A stretch of 64,000 nucleotides of DNA from Eledone cirrhosa (GCA_964016885.1 OZ024742.1:246574001-246638000); one strand, 5' to 3'; shown: positions 12,784-25,540, counted from the first letter of the stretch. The notes: generated by a model from the sequence alone, not told the origin. A program made the numbers and translations.

Positions 12784-13431
12784 ATAAACTATATATATGT
12801 GTTTGTGTCTATATTGTATCTGTATTATTTTTGACCGTCGGTCAGTCAATGGCAACAGTGAGGACCGAATATATTAGATTACCGATATAAAAGACACAGA
12901 AGCAAAAAGCGAAAACCAACCAAACAGTGAGTGTGTTCTGTTATTAATTCTGGCAATATTACAGAAATATGACCCTCCCCAAGTATAACAATATATATAT
13001 AACGTTGAAAGAGATAGACGGCTAAACAATGCAAAGTGGACTGTAAGATGGGGTAACGAAAAGTAAAAGTGAGCTAGTAATCTTTGTTTTGTTGTTGTTA
13101 TATATTGGTCAGTATTCTGATAATTTGATCACTCATAGACGGTAATTAAGGTCGAGTGACGTAATTTCTAACGATCAGCGGCTTTTAGACTCACCTGGAT
13201 AATGAAACAATTTTTAATACTCTAAATAAACCCTTTTGTACAGCCGACCATGTTATTCTTCATTCTTTTACTATTATCACTCCAAGAACCACCTGCCTAG
13301 GAACTTTCTTAAATCGGCCACCCGACTAAGGAAACTTCTTGTTGAATCAAACAACGCCGTACCTTAAAACTATCCTTGACACGGAGTACACACAACTTCT
13401 AGCTAGATTACCTTAAACGATACCTTGTTAT

Positions 13432-13463
<32 letters not shown>

Positions 13464-13467
<4 letters not shown>

Positions 13468-13642
13468 CAAGCTCATATGACCCAAGGCTCTGATACCACC
13501 AACACTATAAAAACAGAGCTGGCATATCTAAGAACTGACTAACTGCCTGATGAGGTCATAGCCATTCAATGGCTATCATCGAAATATATATAGCAGTAAA
13601 TAAAGGATTATGAGTTCATGCAATTGACTTATGTTTCGTCAC
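13464..13642 (+). mobile_element. ~180-bp non-coding HHR element between (TA)n tracts
   Basis: ACTGC-CTGATGA-ggtcATAGCCATT-c-AATGGCTATcatc-GAAA-TATATA-TA-GCAGT at 13542-13597. Confidence 0.8.
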
Positions 13643-13658
13643 TATATATATATATATA

Positions 13659-13838
13659 TTAGAAAGTGAGGTTTTTTTTACAAAATAAAAAAAAAACGAG
13701 TGTCCTACACGAGTGAAAGTATAAGGAAAAAAGATGAAATCGAAAATGCAGCTGGAGTCTTTTTTTATAAAAATAAATATATATTTTTATAAAAAAAGTC
13801 TCCAGCTGCATTTTCGATTTGATCTTTTTTCCTTATAT
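13659..13838. repeat. Asymmetric fold-back mini-element
   Basis: Arms ~13720-13775 and ~13783-13838; left arm has ~60 extra nt; (TA)n on both sides. Confidence 0.75.
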
Positions 13839-13954
13839 ATATATATACACACACACACGCACACACACATATATATATATATATTGCTAACTCATTCATA
13901 TAGTAGGTCGAATTTGCTTGCACACCGACAAAGATTTGATTTTACTAAGCATCC

Positions 13955-14003
<49 letters not shown>

Positions 14004-14417
14004 TATATATATGTTGTTATACTTTGGGAGGGTCATGTTGCCAATAAGAAACACACGCACCAGTTGCTTTCATTTCAATTGATTATGATAAACTTATAAA
14101 TTTAGGAATTTATAAATTTATAAATTTCTGGTTGGTTGGTTGGTTCCACAACCAGATAGTTGTTTATATATTGTCAAAGTTCTTTCGTCACACATTCTGT
14201 GACCTCATCAGTAACTGGGGATTCTTTTCTTTGTTTTTTGTGCCTCTCCTTTGTTCTGTCCTACGCCATTTTGTTTCTGTGTGTGTGTTATGTGCTCAGT
14301 CTGCGCATGCGCCACATCCGGGCGTCTGTGTGTGTTTATATTTGTTTATTTATTTGTTTATTTACATGTTACCGGTTGGTTGTTTGTTCTATGTGTGTGT
14401 GTGTTTTCATTTTGTCC

Positions 14418-15110
14418 TTAATTGTAAGTTGTGATGTTGCTGTTCCACTCATATTTTCTATTTAATTTTGGTTGTAATTCTTTTATGTTTATTGCCTCTG
14501 TGATTTGTCTAAACATTGCGTCTTTTCTGTGTGTAGATTCTATTTTTATTTCTATGTTCTCTAATTTACCCTTATGTTCTATTTTAGCATGTTGGTAGAG
14601 TACAGATGATTCTTTACTATCTTGAAGGTCTCGCCAGTGTTCATTTATCCGTTCCCCTACACTACGGGCTGTCTCACCTATGTACACTATATTTTTGTCT
14701 CTACATTGTCCTTCAGTACATCTTATGCTATACACTACATTTCTAGTTTTACAGTTAATATGGGGGCTTATTTTACAGGTTATACATTTCTTATCTATAC
14801 AGGGGGGTCTTTGAAAAGGGTATGTCTTGCTAATAAGTGTTTTTACGGCGGTACCTGGTCTTTCTACTATCTTAATATTGAGTTTATGTTTATCTAGGGC
14901 CCTTCTAAATTTGTAAGCTAATTCACCTCTAGGGGTTGTATCGATGAACATTACACTCTGGTATTTATTACTATCATACCATGAGTTTATTCTATTAGCC
15001 TTATTCCTAGTTCTTTCTATTCTATTCCAAAATTTGCTCCTATACAAGGGGCAGGTCTTATTTGTGTCATTATTTACCATTTTTTCCCATTTGGTTCTGG
15101 CTCCTCTATA
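14418..15110 (-). pseudogene. 5'-truncated inverted copy of the family B GIY-YIG domain
   Basis: ORF 14418-15080 nearly identical to the C-terminus of ORF 15362-16573. Confidence 0.9.
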
Positions 15111-16573
15111 CCAGGAAGAGGCAGACCACCTACCATTACCTCAATGGCCAAGAAAATCCACACAGATAGATGGAACGGGTGGACCAGAGCCATACGGACA
15201 CCCGAAAACCACGATGAACTGAAGAAAATGATTGCACATGCGGTAGGGGCCAGCATAAAACTAACCCTTAAGGAACATATGTTCAAATTTAAAAAACATA
15301 TGCCCGAGAGGAAGGAGCAGCCATTGGTGTTAGCATTGCAGGCGACATAGCTAACTTATTCATGGTATGGTGGGACAGTAGACTTAAACTTAAACTTAAA
15401 GAACAATTAGAAGACCCCTTAACCCTGGTAATGTACTCCCGCTACGTTGATGATATAAACATCGTAGTTAAGACACCCCCACTAGAGAACAGTCAGGAAC
15501 TAGATAAAAACACAATGGAAAGCATCCAACAAATAGCTAACTCCATCCACCAGAGTATTAGAGTTACTATAGACTCCCCAAGTAAACACCCCAACCATCG
15601 ATTACCTGTACTAGACACAGAGCTCTGGTTAGGTACCATTAATAACAAAAAACAAATCCTCCATTCCCATTATGCCAAACCCATGACTTCCAAACACCTG
15701 ATCCACCGAAACTCGGCTGTTTCGGACCATACCAAAATCAACATACTGATTGCGGATTTGGTACGGGTGATGAGAAACGTGTCCCGCATGTGCAACCCCG
15801 AAGAACTAGAGAGACACATACAACACTTCATCCACCGTATGCAGTTCTCTGGTTACAATCAGAGAGATAAAATCAGAGTGTATAGAGGAGCCAGAACCAA
15901 ATGGGAAAAAATGGTAAATAATGACACAAATGGGACTTGCCCCTTGTATAGGAGCAAATTTTGGAATAGAATAGAAATAACTAGGTATAAGGCTAATAGA
16001 ATAAACTCATGGTATGATAGCAATGAATACCAGAGTGTAATCTTCATCGATACAACCCCTAGAGGTGAATTAGCTTACAAATTTAGAAGGGCCCTAGATA
16101 AACATAAACTCAATATTAAGATAGTAGAAAGACCAGGTACCGCCGTAAAAACACTTATTAGCAAGACATACCCTTTTCAAAGACCCCCCTGTATAGATAA
16201 GAAATGTATAACCTGTAAAATAAGCCCCCATATTAACTGTAAAACTAGAAATGTAGTGTATAGCATAAGATGTACTGAAGGACAATGTAGAGACAAAAAT
16301 ATAGTGTACATAGGTGAGACAGCCCGTAGTGTAGGGGAACGGATAAATGAACACTGGCGAGACCTTCAAGATAGTAAAGAATCATCTGTACTCTACCAAC
16401 ATGCTAAAATAGAACATAAGGCTAAATTAGAGAGCATAGAAATAAAAATAGAATCTACACACAGAAAAGACGCAATGTTTAGACAAATCACAGAGGCAAT
16501 AAACATAAAAGAATTACAACCAAAATTCAATAGAAAATATGAGTGGAACAGCAACATCACAACTTACAATTAA
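15111..16573 (+). pseudogene. 5'-truncated PLE RT/GIY-YIG ORF (family B)
   Basis: GRPPTITSMAK, frameshift near 15295, then RYVDD, CIDKKCITC, VVYSIRC...YIGETARS; collinear with family A. Confidence 0.92.
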
Positions 16574-16775
16574 GGACAAAATGAAAACACACACACACAT
16601 AGAACAAACAACCAACCGGTAACATGTAAATAAACAAATAAATAAACAAATATAAACACACACAGACGCCCGGATGTGGCGCATGCGCAGACTGAGCACA
16701 CAACACACACACAGAAACAAAATGGCGTAGGACAGAACAAAGGAGAGGCACACAATACAAAGAAAAGAATCCCCA

Positions 16776-16818
16776 GTCACTGATGAGGTCACAGAATGTG
16801 TGACGAAAGAACTTTGAC
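16776..16818 (+). ncRNA. Minimal type I HHR in the family B pLTR
   Basis: GTCA-CTGATGA-G-GTCACA-gaatg-TGTGAC-GAAA-GaaC-TT-TGAC; copies at 14173-14215(-) and 31814-31856(-, CTGAAGA). Confidence 0.85.
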
Positions 16819-17056
16819 AATATATAAACAATTATCTGGTTGTGGAACCAACCAACCAACCAGAAATTTATAAATTTATAAATTCCTAATTTTATAAATT
16901 TATTATAATAAATTGAAGTGAAAGCAACTGGTGCGTGTGTTTCTTATTGGCAACATGACACTCCCAAAGTATAACAATATCGGTTTCAACACACGATTTC
17001 AGATAAAGAATCTTGCTAAACAAATTCAGAAACGAAATATATATATATATATATAT

Positions 17057-17235
17057 GTATATATAGTGTATTTTGCAATATACTTTATGCTTAATTAAAA
17101 GCATTTTGAAGACCTTCTGTTTGCTGAAATTAAAGTAAGTGGGTCTGTCACTACTCTAAAACAATAGCATAAGGTCTTCAAAATGCTTTTAATTAAGCAT
17201 AAGTGTATTGCAAAATACACTATATATACATTCAT
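17057..17235. mobile_element. Family F fold-back fragment
   Basis: Inverted arms matching 5940-6000 and 6290-6413. Confidence 0.75.
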
Positions 17236-17277
17236 ATATATATGGGTATTTCACACACCAACTCTAATATATATATA

Positions 17278-17693
<416 letters not shown>

Positions 17694-17963
17694 TCGAGGG
17701 AGTGTAACGTGCAGTTCTTGTATGTTCACCCAGGTGACCACGCGATGATTAGGTTCAGTGTGTTAAATTGTACTAATTCGTCTGTGTTCTCTTTGGATTC
17801 TGTAAGTGGATACAGTTGAGGTGTGCAAGTGAAATTCGATCACAGTGCAATGGTTCCTGACGGCCCGTACTTATTGTTGGTGGTGTGTATCCCAGTTCAG
17901 CGTTTGTTAAAATTATTGAGTCATGAGGTAAGGGTTGAGCTCATATCCATTTTCAGGAGTCTA

Positions 17964-18062
17964 ATAATTGTTTCTACTATTGGAACAAGGCCAGCAATTA
18001 CTCCAGTACATTACTGGTACTTTATTTTATCGACCCCGTAAGGATGAAAGGCAAAGTTAACT
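17964..18062 (-). mobile_element. SINE family 1, 3' half
   Basis: Reverse complement of the 698-900 core and tail. Confidence 0.75.
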
Positions 18063-19280
18063 ATGATGGTAAAGTAGAGGAAGGATGATATGTTCAAACC
18101 AGACAAAATAAATATCATATCAAGTAGTGATAAAACAACAACACCAGCAATACCAGTGGTAATAACAACTATAACAACAGTAATATCAGCAACAGAAATA
18201 ACAGCAATAGTAACAATAGGGTTAACAGAAGAAGAAGAAGAAGAAGAAGAAGAAGAAGAAGAAGAAGAAGAAGAAGAAGAAGAAGAAGAAGAAAAAGAAC
18301 AACAACAACAACAACAACAACAGCAGCAACAACAGCAATTGTAACAGCAACTACAACAACAACAGCAGCAGTAACAACAGCACACCAGTGGCTACAACAC
18401 CCGTAGCAGTAATAACAACTAAATCAGAAGCAGTAGTGACAACCACAACAACAACAACATCAGCAACAGAAACAACAACAACAATAACAACGATAACCTT
18501 AACAACATCAGCACACACAAAAAAAGAACTATAACAATAACAGCAACAATAAGAACAACAACAATAACATCAACAAGAACAACATAACTATGTTCCACTA
18601 TGAGGACATATTTACGTAGTTGTTTGAGCTGTTAGAAATGGTAGCTAAATGCTCCTGAAATCTGACATTAAAATAAAAAAAAGAACACATTGAATAATGT
18701 AGTTGCGCTCAAACTACTGCAAAAAAAATGACTAGATGGTCACAATTGGAGTGCTTTTTTTTCATAGGTTTACTTCATCAAAGTTAACCAGGGGCTAAAC
18801 CACAACAAAAATAACAAACTAATTATTGATTTATTGTTATTAGTGATCAATGTTAGATTAGCCTAGCCCCGTCACTCAGCAATCATTTGGTACATCAAGA
18901 GGAGCATGGAAATTTCTAATTAGTGGATATTCTATCTTTTATTCAGAGCAGCAATTACTGTTTGAAATAGCAAATTAGAAACGAACAGACTTGTGATTGA
19001 AATATATCGAACTTCGATTCGAAGAAAGGAGTCGTTCGACAGATTGGACCAAGGAAACAATGTTTGCAATGGGCTTTCTTATGTTGATTCTCTCTACTTC
19101 TTGTAACTCCTGGCCGAAAAAAGAGGATCATAGGATCGGATCGAGGAAACGATGTTTCCATTGTTTATTTTTCATTGCTGATACCAGCTTCCAATCATAA
19201 CTCCAGTCAGAAGAAGGCGGGATTTAAACTTAGAACACACGGAGTTATCTCTGACACTATGAATTATTTATCCACTCATA

Positions 19281-19870
19281 TTGAAGCAGGTAGAGAAGTA
19301 CAAGTATTTCGGGGCCGTATTCACGAGTGATAGAAAGCAGGAGGCTGAATTAAGTGCAATAATTGCAGGAGCTGATGTAATGTTGCGCCAGCTTCAACAT
19401 TCGGTTATCAAAAGAAGGGTTGTAGGTGTAAAAGCCAAACTCGCTATCTTCAATTTGGTATTCGTGGCAATCTCTATCTATGGTCAGGAATCTTGGGTAA
19501 TGATCGAAAGCGGCTGTGATGGGTTTCCTCGAAAGGGTCTTTTGTGTCCGTAGCTCGGAGATCAGAGAGTCACTCCAGATAGAGCCATTACTTCTCCCAA
19601 TTGAGAGATTACAACTGCGTTACTACGGGAATGTGGTTAGAATATCTAAAGAAAGAATCACTGGACAGATTTTACAGACAGAACCAGCCAGCAGGGGACC
19701 CAGGGGTAGACTCCGAGCAAGATGGTTGGATAATATCCATGAGCTCGGCTGGTTTCGCTTCGGGGGTCCGGCTGGATTAATTGGGGTCGGTTACTGCTCA
19801 CAGGACCCGCTGGAATGTGTGTTTGAGGACTCTGCCCCCCACGACCCTCCCAGGAATAAATGAGAAAAGA
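19281..19870 (+). pseudogene. RTE-clade LINE 3' fragment (RT C-terminus)
   Basis: QVEKYKYFG, AKLAIF..V...IYGQESW, VRSSEIRESLQIEPLLL.IER.QLR..G.V.R, PRGR.RARW.D; 3' motif CTGCCCCCACGACCCTC recurs at ~56735. Confidence 0.8.
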
Positions 19871-19917
19871 AGATGACTATTTTTAACAATCCCACAAACA
19901 CCCCACCCTTGTAGTAA

Positions 19918-20250
19918 TGCTTTATTTAATCGACCCCGAAATGTTGAAAACACAATTTACTCCTGTGCCATTTTTGAACGCAGAGTGCAAAGGAACGGTA
20001 GAAATACTGAAATATTTAATCCGACACTTTAACAACTATGCCGCCAATTCTATCATTAGTACAATACTATCAATTTGAAGGAAGAAGAAATTCAATTATA
20101 TCGACCCCAATATTTAACAGGTAATATATTTTGTCGACCCTGAAAGGATGAAAGGCACAGTTAACAACGACGGGTTTTGAACGCAAAGCACAGACAGCCG
20201 GTACAAATACCGTGGCATTTAATCATCTGACACTTCAACGACTTTGCCAA
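19918..20250 (-). mobile_element. Two old diverged Nin-core SINE copies
   Basis: TCGACCCCGAAA..TGAAA and TCGACCCTGAAAGGATGAAAGGCA cores with degenerate B boxes. Confidence 0.55.
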
Positions 20251-20633
20251 TAATAATCCTCAAGAATTCACTGAAAATAGAATGAAATGGAATGTAAAAC
20301 TATTGGAAAACATGGAAATAGCTAAAGATATATTCTCAACTCTAAGTGATATGGTAAGTAGCAGAAAACACCAACTGGGAGAAACAAAAGAGATAACTAA
20401 ATATCTTTTGGATCTACATAAACTCTTAGACATTATCAAAAGCGACTTGTTACTTTGTTTAGCGAGACACAGCTGTTGTTTGTTTTGGTAGTAGTTGTTG
20501 TTCCATTGTAAATGAAATACCGAATTGAATGTTAAGATATACATAAATGCTTATATATATATATACACATATATATATAATATATACATATATATACATA
20601 TATATATGTATGTATATATATATATATGTATGC

Positions 20634-20664
<31 letters not shown>

Positions 20665-20967
20665 CACACACACGTAAATACTCACACACATATATATATA
20701 TATGTGTGTGTGAGTATTTATATATATATATATATATATATGCTTACATACACGTACATACATACACAATTATATACACACCCCTACATGCACACATTCA
20801 TACACACTTACCCACAAACATACGTACACACACACACACATATATATATATGTACATGGAATCATAATTGGAATTCATATTGCTTTGTGAAAGATGGGTC
20901 TATTGTATAGAATATATACTTGCGTTTGTTTAAATCAACGGGCATATCACCCCTTCTCTCTTCCACA

Positions 20968-21016
<49 letters not shown>

Positions 21017-21195
21017 TACACACATACACTTCTTCGTGAATAAGGATATGATTTAAAAGTTAGCTGTAATTGTAGTGGAAACATTGCTACTTTAGAGACC
21101 TGCTACAATGTAAATAATATGAGAACTAGAAATATCTCAAATCAGCGACATATGGTTCATTTGGTCATAGATAACGCCATTATACATCAATAAGA

Positions 21196-21367
21196 GGGCG
21201 GTGTATTGGCGGTATCGGTAGAGCATCAGAGACTATGCTTTGCAGCATTGAGTTCCGGCCCTTTACAATCTGACTTCAAATGTCATCGAGGTGATCTTTG
21301 CCTTTGATACTTAGGGGGTCTATAAATTAAACTACCAGTAAACGCACTGGAGTCGATTTAATCGACT
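21196..21367 (+). mobile_element. SINE family 1, diverged
   Basis: GGGCGGTGTATTGGCGGTATCGGTAGAGC head and degenerate core. Confidence 0.7.
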
Positions 21368-21411
21368 TTCACTCTCACCAAATTGTTGGCATTGTGCATA
21401 GATCAGAAACC

Positions 21412-21461
<50 letters not shown>

Positions 21462-21462
<1 letters not shown>

Positions 21463-23607
21463 CGGAGTCCATACAAGGGTGGTATGCCATTGTTAGACGC
21501 CTGGAAGTTGTTGGCAGTGCGTCTGCTTGGCTTTAGGATGTCGGTCCACATCATCATTTGAGCGTTGAGGATTTTCTCTCTCCCATCATGTATTTGCTGT
21601 GCAATTTCGCTCATGTTGGTGATGTGGGGTTGCATAGCCTTGATGTAGTTCGGCATGCTGTCTATTGACATCCTACCAGACTTATCCGTGGGTAGACATA
21701 TTACCTCACCATCCCTTGTGCGCTGCTTGAGGCTAACAAAGCCTTCTACAGGTTTCCTCCCAAGTTGTTGGACCTCTGGTCTGCTTTGTCTCTCAGTATA
21801 CCGGTCTACTATTTGTCTAATCTTATTTCTAGCTATGGTGAACTGTGCCTCTGTCTCGTCATCTATTTGTTGTGGTATGCAAACCCTTTTATTAAAGTGT
21901 CACCTCCTAGGATAGATATTACCCATCTTATATGTTTTGTCAGCTGGGTTGAAGAATAGTTTCTCTAAGGGGTTGTCATTATATCTTTCGTCATAGTTGT
22001 GTGTGTTGCTATTATTGTTATTATTGTGGTTGTTGTTCCTATCATTAGCATTATTATTATTGTTATGATTGCTAGATGTATTGTTGCTATGATTGTTAAT
22101 TGTATTGTTGTTGTTTTCTCCACTGTCATTGTTGTTGTTACTGTTATTTCTACCATTGTGGTTGTTACTTTTATTATGCTTCTTGTTTTTGTTGTTGTTG
22201 TGTCTATCTTTAATGTTGCTACATATATTATTTCTATTATTAACACTGTGGTTGTTGTTGTTGTTGTTCTGTCTATCGTTAATATTATTACCATTATTAC
22301 TATTTCACACTCTCCTGCTATTGTTATTGTTATGACTATTACTATTATAGCTGTTATTTCTATACTCAGTGTTATTGTTTATATTACTACTATCGTTATT
22401 ATTGTTGTTGTTGTCCGTATAGTTGTTGTTGTTTACTTTTGCATTCCAAAGTATTTTTGTGAAACACTTTTCCAGCTCCGTTTTGCACTCAATAGGGTTA
22501 ATCTTTTTGTAGATGGCAAATCTCGGTGGTAGCTGCAGGATTTGTTGTTCTTGTTCACTGATTAAAGTGTTCCCATAAATATTTACTGTGTGGTCATTGG
22601 TAAATTCTTCCGGTAGTTCTACATCAGTCATACGGATTTTGTTGATGTTATCTGGGTATTTTTGTGAATATTCTATTTCTCTTTCTTCTAGTTTTTTCTT
22701 ATTCATCCATTCTAATTTCTTATTGAAATGCCTATTGCATTCGTTTCGGGCGTATTTCGTTTCACGTCGAATGACGCTCATGAAGTCATCCCTCTCGTTC
22801 GGTGTGGTGAGATTTCCGACTTCCTTACCGTTAATGCGTTTCTGTCTGTAAAGTTCGTTAACTTTTGTGTATGTTGTTCTTTTCATATTAACTGTTATTA
22901 TGTGTTTTAGTCGTTCAGCTTGTGTTTTGTTCAATAATAAATTATTTACTTATTTTGATATGTTTGTTGTGTATATTTTGAAGGAAACACAGTGTTTTAA
23001 GAAGCGGATTTGTTCTGTTGCTATTGTAGTTTTTATATAACAGAAAACAGTGACTTTCAATAACCTTTCAGCTTGGCACAAGCTAATGTCATAACGGCGA
23101 TGAATTAGTTTTGCGAGGTTTTTGATATAAGCTAAGATAGAATACAATAACCAATACACAGTCACCCAAACACGAACACACATCAAACAAAAGACTATAC
23201 ACACACGCAAACGCATGCGCAGAGAAGACAACAAAATAAACAAATAAATAAATAAATAAACAGACTAAATAAAGATGGCGTAGGCATACAATGCAACGGG
23301 AGGAAACATAATAGCACCACTGACGATGTTACAGATGTGCAACGAAAGAACTTTGTTAGACTATATATATATGTGTTTGTGTTTATATTGTATCTGTATT
23401 TTTGACCGTTGATCAGTCAATGGTAACATTGAGGACCGAATAAATTAAATTAACCGATATAAAGGACACAGAAGCGAAAACCAACCAAACAGTGAGTATG
23501 TTCTGTTATTAATTCTGGCAATATTATTACACAAATATGACCCTCCTCAAGTATAACAATATTTGTTTCGACACACGATTTCACATCAAAAACCTCGCAA
23601 AACTAAT
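21462..23607 (-). mobile_element. PLE family A: 5' ORF portion on minus (21462-~23128) with an inverted pLTR plus tail (~23140-23607)
   Basis: ORFs 22950-23243, 22305-22934 and 21375-21671 match the N-terminal half of the 8870 copy; plus-strand pLTR with HHR 23316-23357 and ATG at 23537. Confidence 0.9.
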
Positions 23608-23710
23608 ATATGTATGTATATATATTTATGTATATATATTTATATATAAAAACAAATAGTAGAAAATGTTGAGATTTTTTTCAGTGAGATATCAAAACAT
23701 TAATTTATTT

Positions 23711-23748
23711 ACAATACCGGTTTCAGCATTATATGCATTGTCAATTGC
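23711..23748 (-). ncRNA. Minimal type I HHR, U3:A8 variant
   Basis: GCAA-TTGACAA-t-GCA-tataa-TGC-t-GAAA-CCGG-TA-TTGT; palindromic stem III, GUA site. Confidence 0.75.
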
Positions 23749-23982
23749 GGATATGCAGAATATTGTTAAGTTGCATATTTGTACAAATAGTGATAATAAT
23801 AATAATGAAGAAAATGAAATTAAAAAGGGGATAGAAAAATTAATTTTCACATATATGTTCATTCAGAGAAGAGAGTTCATTTCTCTGTCCATCCTACTCT
23901 GCTTATAGCTATATAAATATGGATTGAGAGGGACGAGACTGCATGGTTACTGATAACGGGTGTTAGAAAATAAAGGGAACAG

Positions 23983-24100
23983 AAACAAGAGATAGATATT
24001 TTCCTTCATCAGTTGTCTACTACGGGTCACGTATGTTACAGCGCGTTATAGACAATACATCTATCCGTAGCGCGCGCTTAACTTATTATCAACAGGTTAA
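23983..24100 (-). ncRNA. Conserved pseudoknotted RNA motif with hammerhead-like core, copy 2
   Basis: Helices (C)GCGCG/CGCGC(T), CTACGG/CCGTAG, (G)ATG/CAT(A), TTGTCTA/TAGACAA; GTAA in place of GAAA; CTGATGA intact. Confidence 0.6.
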
Positions 24101-24269
24101 ACTTCTTGAATAGATTATTTTATTCATATAAAGCGTTTGGATGGACTATTTTCATCGAAAAACTGTAGAAATGCTTCAACATGCTCCAGGATCTTCATAC
24201 ATAGAACTATCATTTCACGTAGATGTACAAAAACACAAAGTACTACATACGTTTCCATATTTTGGAAGT

Positions 24270-24506
24270 ACAATTAATCAGTGCAAAATTGAGCCTTCTT
24301 ACTGGGAGGCCATGTCAGATAGAAACAAGTGGAGCACCTCTATATCTAATGATGTAAAACCTTTCCAAGAATCTGCTTCGGAATGGGCTAGCATTTACCG
24401 TGCAGCTAAGAAAAACCAGCATGTGGAGGTCACTGCACCTCGGTTTGTATGTAATGTGTGTGACCGTATGTGCCTGTCAAAAATTGGCTATACAAGTCAT
24501 TTGTGA
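24270..24506 (+). pseudogene. RTE-type LINE C-terminal fragment
   Basis: WEAMSDRNKW...FVCNVCDRMCLSKIGYTSHL, the terminal C2H-type motif typical of RTE ORFs. Confidence 0.65.
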
Positions 24507-24864
24507 GGAAATAGAAGCTTTCGCTGTATTTTTGACTAAAGAAATTTTAGCCTGATAGTGGGGTAATGCAGAAATGCTACAGGTCGAATACAACCAGTTC
24601 CTTGCAGCCAATTTGACATCTGATACATTTGAATAAGTAAGAAAGTGCAAGCCAGGTAAAAATATATAACTATGGTCCAGATCAGATGAAGAGTCGCATG
24701 ATGGCAGGAGTAAATTCTAATACATTTTATGCAACAAAACATGCAAGACCCTAGCAGTCTTTAAAGGCCATTCCAAAGCTCACAAACACTAATACAGATA
24801 TATTATTTGGCACTGGTGGTCTTATTCGTCTAAAGAGCTGACGGCCATTATGTATGTATGTATG

Positions 24865-24894
<30 letters not shown>

Positions 24895-24896
<2 letters not shown>

Positions 24897-25540
24897 CTTG
24901 GTGGGATTGCAGGTTTGTCGCCGACCACCTGATCATGCGACAGGTATTACTGGGTTACATGTTACCAGTAGCACTCAAGAGTGACCCGACATAATCAACA
25001 GTGACCAGACATACACGAGAAGGGTCATTTTGGACACCCTGCGGGACAAAAAACAAAACCTGACAAAGGGCGGAAGAACTCATAAGAGTCAATGGCTATC
25101 CAAACAATGTGTAAATATGTATATATACACATGTACATATGTATGTATATGTATATATGTATATGAATGTGAGCATGTGTATGTATATGTGCGAGGACAT
25201 AGAAATAGTCGGGCTGGACAACCTATCGCGCGGTTAAACCACTGGGAATGAAGGACGCCTAGCCTTTGTCAGGGCATTCTTTTAGGAGAAGGCCACTCAG
25301 GAAACTGGGATAACTCCGACATAAAACCTGTGACTCAGTAGTTACCGATGATGTTGATCTTTTCTTCTTTTCGGGTTATAGCGACTGTCGCCCAGAGAGT
25401 GGGATTGGCTCAGTGCACAGTCTTTCCTCACTTTAAAAAAATCTTCACGCACAGGCATTGCACCATAGAATTAATTAATAATCATTAATAATGATATATC
25501 GTGCAATGGCCATAGTCGATAACGAGGGGGCAGCCATCAT
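24895..25540 (+). mobile_element. Non-autonomous retroposon family E2
   Basis: Homologous to 58410-59022(-) and more distantly to E1; ends CGATAACGAGGGGGCAGCCATCAT plus (ATGT)n; 3' fragment also at 26031-26071. Confidence 0.75.

Larger units (their letters stand above)
8866..12994 (+). mobile_element. Penelope-like element family A, near full length, with 3' pLTR (~12490-12994)
   Basis: RT plus C-terminal GIY-YIG ORF; 3' UTR with HHR; ends at AAGTATAACAATAT followed by (AT)n. Confidence 0.93.
14012..17040 (+). mobile_element. Penelope-like element family B, head-to-head inverted insertion
   Basis: Minus arm 14012-15111 (EN plus pLTR) fused at ~15111 to plus arm 15111-17040 (RT, EN, pLTR, tail); arms nearly identical. 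Confidence 0.93.

Noticed and set aside
13042-13435. Possible solo LTR (TGTAAGA start, AATAAA); similar impression at 8267-8825
   Set aside because: No clear terminal CA, TSD, PBS or second copy.
20282-20491. Possible host exon
   Set aside because: Short ORF without recognisable homology or convincing splice context.
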